Origin: Candidatus Moraniibacteriota bacterium
GTDB taxonomy: Bacteria > Patescibacteriota > Minisyncoccia > Moranbacterales > UBA2206
Assembly (NCBI GenBank): GCA_030645735.1
Contig: JAUSNP010000002.1
Span: forward strand, 1 to 39,999
Direction of reading: 5' to 3'
Length of the DNA: 39,999 nt
Both the position numbers and the translations under genes were made by a program. Below are positions 35,228 to 39,999 of the stretch, in pieces. Numbering within the stretch: position 1 is the first letter of the stretch; every line of letters begins with the position of its first letter. The notes below the pieces were generated by a model. That model saw nothing but the letters and a program-made list of their open reading frames with translations. It did no database searches and had not been told where the DNA came from.

Positions 35228-36017
35228 AGACTGTAAACTTCTTTTCTTTCTCTTTCTTGTCCATCTCGATTATTTCGCGCGCTAGATTTTTGTATGAACG
35301 GGCACCTTTGGAAAAAGCATCAAAGCCCAAAATTGATTTGCCAAAACCAGGCGCTTCAGCCAGTCGTACACTGCGTGGAATAATGCTGTCAAAAACATAA
35401 CCAGGAAAATGATCTTGCACCTCTTTGATGACTTGGCGCGACAACCGATTTCGCTTGTCATACATTGTCAAAAGCGCACCCATGATTTTCAAATCAGGCT
35501 GCAGATTTTCCTTGACCAGATTCACAGTATTTAAAAGTTGGCTCAAGCCTTCCAAGGCAAAATATTCCGTTTGTACGGGAATAATAACTTCATCACTGGC
35601 CACTAATCCATTGATAGTCAAAAGTCCAAGGCTTGGCGGTGAATCAATAATAATATAATCATAGTTGGTGCGAATTTCTCGCAAAACATTATACAATCTG
35701 AATTCTCGATTTTCCATATTCACCATCTCAATTCCAGCCCCCGCCAAATCTTGGTTGGCCGGAATGATGTCATGCCCCAAATTAGCTGTGCGAATGACAA
35801 TTTTGGAAGGGTGTTCACCCAAAACCATCGAGTGATAGAGGCTTTTTTCCATCTTTCTGATATCAATTCCCAATCCTGAGGATGCATTGCCCTGCGGATC
35901 CAAATCCACGAGCAAAACAAACTTGCCAGCTTCCGCTAGGTAGGTCGCTAAGTTGATGGCTGAGGTGGTTTTGCCAACCCCGCCCTTTTGGTTGACGAGT
36001 GAGATTATCTTTGCCAT
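35226..36017 (-). CDS. parA: Chromosome partitioning ATPase ParA/Soj
   Basis: NQKGGVGKTT, DLDPQGN, DSPPSLG and IPRSVRLAEAP. Confidence 0.98.
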   Translation of the reverse strand: MAKIISLVNQKGGVGKTTSAINLATYLAEAGKFVLLVDLDPQGNASSGLGIDIRKMEKSLYHSMVLGEHPSKIVIRTANLGHDIIPANQDLAGAGIEMVNMENREFRLYNVLREIRTNYDYIIIDSPPSLGLLTINGLVASDEVIIPVQTEYFALEGLSQLLNTVNLVKENLQPDLKIMGALLTMYDKRNRLSRQVIKEVQDHFPGYVFDSIIPRSVRLAEAPGFGKSILGFDAFSKGARSYKNLAREIIEMDKKEKEKKFTV

Positions 36018-36041
36018 AATAAGTAAAGTATAGCATATTAC

Positions 36042-36125
36042 GCCCGAGTGATGAAATTGGTATACGTAGGGGATTCAAAATCCCCCGGTCGCAAGGCCGT
36101 GCGAGTTCGAGTCTCGCCTCGGGCA
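36042..36125 (+). tRNA. tRNA-Leu (anticodon CAA)
   Basis: Acceptor stem GCCCGAG/CTCGGGC, anticodon arm GGGGA-TTCAAAA-TCCCC, long variable arm, GTTCGAG T-loop; CCA not fully encoded. Confidence 0.95.
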
Positions 36126-36160
36126 CCCCGAAAAGTCGCTTGGCTCCTTGGGGCAAGCAC

Positions 36161-36188
36161 AAAAAAACAGGCTTTTGCCTGTTTTTTT
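36161..36188. terminator. Bidirectional terminator (tRNA / folD)
   Basis: AAAAAAACAGGC-TTTT-GCCTGTTTTTTT. Confidence 0.85.
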
Positions 36189-36193
36189 GTTAT

Positions 36194-37024
36194 TTATAAA
36201 GCCTTATTGGCTAAGTATACATTTCGCAAAAGACACGCAATAGTGACTGGCCCGACCCCACCTGGCACAGGCGAGATGAAACCATCCATATTCTGCACTG
36301 AAGCAAAATCAACATCTCCTAGCACCTTGTCGCCTACTTTGGTGATGCCACCATCAATGATGATCACGCCATCTTTCAACATTTCACCGGAGATCAAATT
36401 TGGCTCGCCACAAGCTGTGATGATAATGTCAGCATCTTTGATAACATTGATATTTTCCGACATATCCGCACGAAAAAAATATTGCGAAGTTATATTTTCT
36501 TTTTGCAACGCCACCTGCATCGTTTGGCCGAATTCTTGCGAGTTGCAAATTATAACTGCTTTTTTATTTGCTAAATTTTTCCCCGTTGATTTCAAAAGTT
36601 CCATCAACGCATTGGGAAAAACTGGCGCAAAACGCTCTTGCCCACTGAAAAACAGGGCTATATTTTCAGAATGAAAACCATCCACATCCTTTTTTGGATC
36701 GATGGCCTGGATGATTTTATTTTTATCCAAATGTTCCGGCAAGGGCAGTTGTACAATGATGCCACTAATTGTTTCATCCGCATTCAAATCATAAATTGCA
36801 TCCAATAAATCTTTTTCAGACACGGTGTCTGCCATTTCAATTTTGCGAAAACCAATGCCATTTTTTTCAGCGGCCTTGCCTTTCAAATTCACATAAATTT
36901 TAGAAGCTTCATCAGCGCCAACCAAAACAACCCCGAGCTGAGGATGCGCCTGATCTGCAGTTATTTTATTTTTCACCTCAAGCAAAATAGCCTCAGCTAT
37001 TTTCTTGCCTTCAAGAATTTGCAT
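36194..37024 (-). CDS. folD: Methylenetetrahydrofolate dehydrogenase/cyclohydrolase
   Basis: YVNLK, GIIVQLPLP, KDVDGF and PVPGGVGPVT. Confidence 0.95.
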   Translation of the reverse strand: MQILEGKKIAEAILLEVKNKITADQAHPQLGVVLVGADEASKIYVNLKGKAAEKNGIGFRKIEMADTVSEKDLLDAIYDLNADETISGIIVQLPLPEHLDKNKIIQAIDPKKDVDGFHSENIALFFSGQERFAPVFPNALMELLKSTGKNLANKKAVIICNSQEFGQTMQVALQKENITSQYFFRADMSENINVIKDADIIITACGEPNLISGEMLKDGVIIIDGGITKVGDKVLGDVDFASVQNMDGFISPVPGGVGPVTIACLLRNVYLANKAL

Positions 37025-37033
37025 AGGAAAATC

Positions 37034-38251
37034 TTATTTATACCTTAGAGCATCCAGTGGATCCATCTTACTGGCTCTTCTAGCTGGAATAAATCCAGTC
37101 AAAAAGCCGACTACAGCCGCAAAGATAATAATAGACATTATAAACCACAGCGGACTATAGAATAGTCTAACTGATTGTCCGCCAAACCGCAATGCCACAA
37201 AATTTATCAACTGATTGAAAATCTCTCCACCCAGAAGACCAATTAGCACGCCGCTCACGCCTCCTAGGAAGCCCATGATGGTTGATTCCATAATAAACAT
37301 CATTGATACACCAGCATCTGAAGCGCCAATGGATTTCATAATTCCAATTTCTTCTGTTCGCTCCAAAAGTGTGATGGTCATCGTATTGAACATTCCAATG
37401 GCGCTGACTGCCAACGCAATGACACCGAAAAGCATCAGCACGATTTGCACAATTCGGAAAATTTGATTCGCCTGATCGACTGTGTCGGATAATGATGAAA
37501 CGATCAGACCTTGACCAAGAATGCTGTCACGTACCACGCCCATTGTTTGCTGTGAATTGCATTTAACTTTGATTTGGCTGAATTTATCCATTTTCAAATC
37601 GCCCAATGCAATAGAGTTTATATAAACAACATTGTCTTCACCATCAATCGTACCAACTATTTTGAATTTTTTATCTAAATCAAGCTTGCTGAAATTATTT
37701 TGTAAATCATTTTCCTTCACCTCTTCACCACCCGCTTGCGGCATAAAAAATGAAAAAGAAATTTCTTCGCCCAACATTTCCTCAGCACTGTTTTTGCCAA
37801 ACACTTGCGCCACTGAAGAGGTTATGATGACTCCCTCAGGATTATTGTCTGACAAAGATTCTCCCTTTGTGATGCGAAAGCCACCTAACTTCAAAAAAGA
37901 AGGCTGAACGCCAATTGAAATCAAATCAGCCGAGATGTCACCAATACGACCCTGGGAAGTTAGCTGAAACGCGGGACTGACTTCTTCCACGCCTTGCGAT
38001 TGCTTGATGTCCTCAATCATCGCATTGTTTATGCTAACGATTCCAGATTTTGATTCAGTCACATCCAAGGTCAAAAGTGAATCAGAAGTTGTGATTCTTT
38101 CTAATAATGTTTTTTGCAAACCATATCCCAATGAAACTAGAAAAAGAATCGCGCCGATACCGATGCTCATACCCAAAACCGTCAACAAAGTTCGCGAGGT
38201 CTTCGCGGTGAACATTCGAATTGAAAGTAAAAATAGATCTGTGAATTTCAT
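37034..38251 (-). CDS. MacB/FtsX-like ABC transporter permease
   Basis: RTLLTVLGMSIG, ERTEEIGIMKSIGA and PARRASKMDPLDALRY. Confidence 0.93.
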   Translation of the reverse strand: MKFTDLFLLSIRMFTAKTSRTLLTVLGMSIGIGAILFLVSLGYGLQKTLLERITTSDSLLTLDVTESKSGIVSINNAMIEDIKQSQGVEEVSPAFQLTSQGRIGDISADLISIGVQPSFLKLGGFRITKGESLSDNNPEGVIITSSVAQVFGKNSAEEMLGEEISFSFFMPQAGGEEVKENDLQNNFSKLDLDKKFKIVGTIDGEDNVVYINSIALGDLKMDKFSQIKVKCNSQQTMGVVRDSILGQGLIVSSLSDTVDQANQIFRIVQIVLMLFGVIALAVSAIGMFNTMTITLLERTEEIGIMKSIGASDAGVSMMFIMESTIMGFLGGVSGVLIGLLGGEIFNQLINFVALRFGGQSVRLFYSPLWFIMSIIIFAAVVGFLTGFIPARRASKMDPLDALRYK

Positions 38252-38266
38252 TTTTTTATTTTAAAT

Positions 38267-39580
38267 TTATGCCGAGTATTTTAATAGCATGAGAATTTCC
38301 ATTTCTTTAGCAAATTTATCAACGGTTGGTTTGTATAGACCCACCCCACCCAATTTAACTGGAGCATCTAAGCGCTGTTTTAAACCAGCCGAATCAATTT
38401 TATTTTCCAAGCGAAGTTTTATAAACGCATACATTCTGGCTTTGATTTCATCTGGCAGTTCTATTTTGAACAAACTAAGCATATACTCCGAAACTGACTT
38501 TGCCGCCATATTCATATCGCCAGCGCTCAAAACCTCAACTTGCGCTAATGTTTTGCCTATCCTCTGTGAAAAACTCTCAGCTCGCATCTTATTCCAACCA
38601 GCGCCACCCTCATCAAAGTCTAAATCCAAATTCTTACTGAAAGCATCGATTGTGTCATTTTTAAATAACAAATTTTTCAAGAAGTTTTCCGCTGAAGTGA
38701 TTTGCTCCTCCGTCAAATCTGACAATACATGCGCAATGAGTTGTTTGGCCTTGAAAGGCACCAACATCGCGCCAACCTGTTGTGGAGAAAAATTTTTGAA
38801 AGTTCGCATCAAAAGCTTTATTTCATCTGAGATGGTTTCTGGGTTCGCAGCCATATCTGCTTGTGTAGCTTCTTTTGGCCGTTTATCCTTGTTGATCTCC
38901 TCTTCAACTATTCGCCCATCCTTCATATGCAAAATGCGATCGGCATAAATCAAATGCTCTGGATTGTGCGTTACCATAATGATGGTTTTCTTATCAATCT
39001 CATTCAAATCTTTGAGAATTTTCAATACATTTTCCGCTGATTCACTATCCAAATTTCCTACGGGCTCATCAGCCAAAATTATATTTGGATTATTCACCAA
39101 CGACCTAGCGATGGAAACTCGTTGTTGTTGACCGCCAGAAAGTTGATTAGAAAATTTATCCGATTGCTCTGCTAAACCAAAACGGCGTAAAAGTTTCATG
39201 CCCTCCTCTTTTCTATCTTTGCGACTGTCACCACGAAAAACTTTTGGCAAACAGACATTATCTAGAATATTCAAAGAAGAAATCAGATAAAAAGCTTGAA
39301 AAATCATACCGATGCCAGTTTGATGCAATTGCACAATTTCTTTCTTCTTCATCGTAGCAATGTCCTTGCCCTCGATTTTAACTGAACCAGATGTCGGTAA
39401 TTGCAAGCCAGAAATTGAATAAAGCAGAGTTGATTTCCCGCAACCAGAAGGTCCATACATAATCACATATTCTTGTGGATAAATCTTGACGCTGACATCC
39501 AAAAGCGACCGAACCTCATTCGATTTATCTTTGTTGTATATAACGCTCAGATTATTTACTTCAATTATTGGCTCTGCCAT
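38267..39580 (-). CDS. MacB/LolD-like ABC ATPase with ~200-aa C-terminal extension
   Basis: GPSGCGKS, LSGGQQQR, ILADEP and VTH. Confidence 0.93.
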   Translation of the reverse strand: MAEPIIEVNNLSVIYNKDKSNEVRSLLDVSVKIYPQEYVIMYGPSGCGKSTLLYSISGLQLPTSGSVKIEGKDIATMKKKEIVQLHQTGIGMIFQAFYLISSLNILDNVCLPKVFRGDSRKDRKEEGMKLLRRFGLAEQSDKFSNQLSGGQQQRVSIARSLVNNPNIILADEPVGNLDSESAENVLKILKDLNEIDKKTIIMVTHNPEHLIYADRILHMKDGRIVEEEINKDKRPKEATQADMAANPETISDEIKLLMRTFKNFSPQQVGAMLVPFKAKQLIAHVLSDLTEEQITSAENFLKNLLFKNDTIDAFSKNLDLDFDEGGAGWNKMRAESFSQRIGKTLAQVEVLSAGDMNMAAKSVSEYMLSLFKIELPDEIKARMYAFIKLRLENKIDSAGLKQRLDAPVKLGGVGLYKPTVDKFAKEMEILMLLKYSA

Positions 39581-39662
39581 TTTTATATTTATTTTTCTAT
39601 TAATCTTGTGAGTATATTATACCATAGTTTTCAATTCAATACTTCATCAAATTCACCCCCCC

Positions 39663-39998
39663 CTACTTCGCCCAACTAAAGATATCTTGGAAGTTGTTGA
39701 TAATGATCTGAATCACATTTTCTTTTCTTTTGGGAGTCAGCAGGGCGTAGTCACTGGAAGTGGCTTCATTTTCAGATAGGTCAGTGGATTTAACTTGGAA
39801 ATAGTAAACTACACCCGCTTTGAAGGTGGTGATGACCGCCACATGCGAAGTGGTCAGGGCGTTACTAATCTTGATGGCTTTCTTTTCGGCATTTCTTCCC
39901 TCTTGGTAGATGAGTTCAGTGGTAGCTGGTTCATCGGTGGTCCAAGAAATGATAGTTTGAACTTTGTCGTTTTGCGCTAGGGCGCTGTCAGTTCTGAC
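39663..39998 (-). CDS. C-terminus of a fibronectin type III-domain surface protein (partial)
   Basis: Open frame ..IISWTTDEPATT..SHVAVITTFKAGVVYYFQVKSTDLSEN..QDIFSWAK*; runs off the window edge. Confidence 0.8.
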   Translation of the reverse strand, partial: VRTDSALAQNDKVQTIISWTTDEPATTELIYQEGRNAEKKAIKISNALTTSHVAVITTFKAGVVYYFQVKSTDLSENEATSSDYALLTPKRKENVIQIIINNFQDIFSWAK

Positions 39999-39999
39999 C

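Noticed and set aside
34114-36193. Replication origin near parAB, or an integrated element at tRNA-Leu
   Set aside because: No DnaA-box cluster, dnaA gene, integrase or duplicated tRNA 3' end was seen.

Overview
AT-rich bacterial chromosome segment whose gene content and style point to a Patescibacteria/CPR (Parcubacteria-like) organism; this is an inference, not a database result. The housekeeping backbone is comEC, nrdR-nrdD-nrdG, lexA, ftsA/ftsZ, dgkA/ybeY/yqeY/rpsU, hisS, lepB, ispG, ddl, an LCP protein, pth, dprA-topA, a short RelA/SpoT, parAB, tRNA-Leu(CAA), folD and a MacB-like ABC pair. No CRISPR array, rRNA or transposase was found. The notable signals are: (1) a small GIY-YIG nuclease gene bracketed by inverted, covarying TGTC-tagged REP hairpins, with a third orphan copy, arranged like a RAYT/REP locus; (2) a doublet of ~170-nt structured modules, one of which recurs identically 32 kb away; (3) about nine intergenic stem-loops built from degenerate 7-12-mer tandem repeats, plus palindromic elements inserted in frame into pth and parB; (4) a split class III ribonucleotide reductase with a separately encoded glycyl-radical domain; (5) a SpeD-fold decarboxylase, deoxyhypusine-synthase-like and agmatinase operon suggesting homospermidine synthesis; (6) a hidden Cys-rich repeat peptide interrupted by a stop codon; (7) an orphan antitoxin with a toxin remnant. 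All coordinates and alignments were read by eye.
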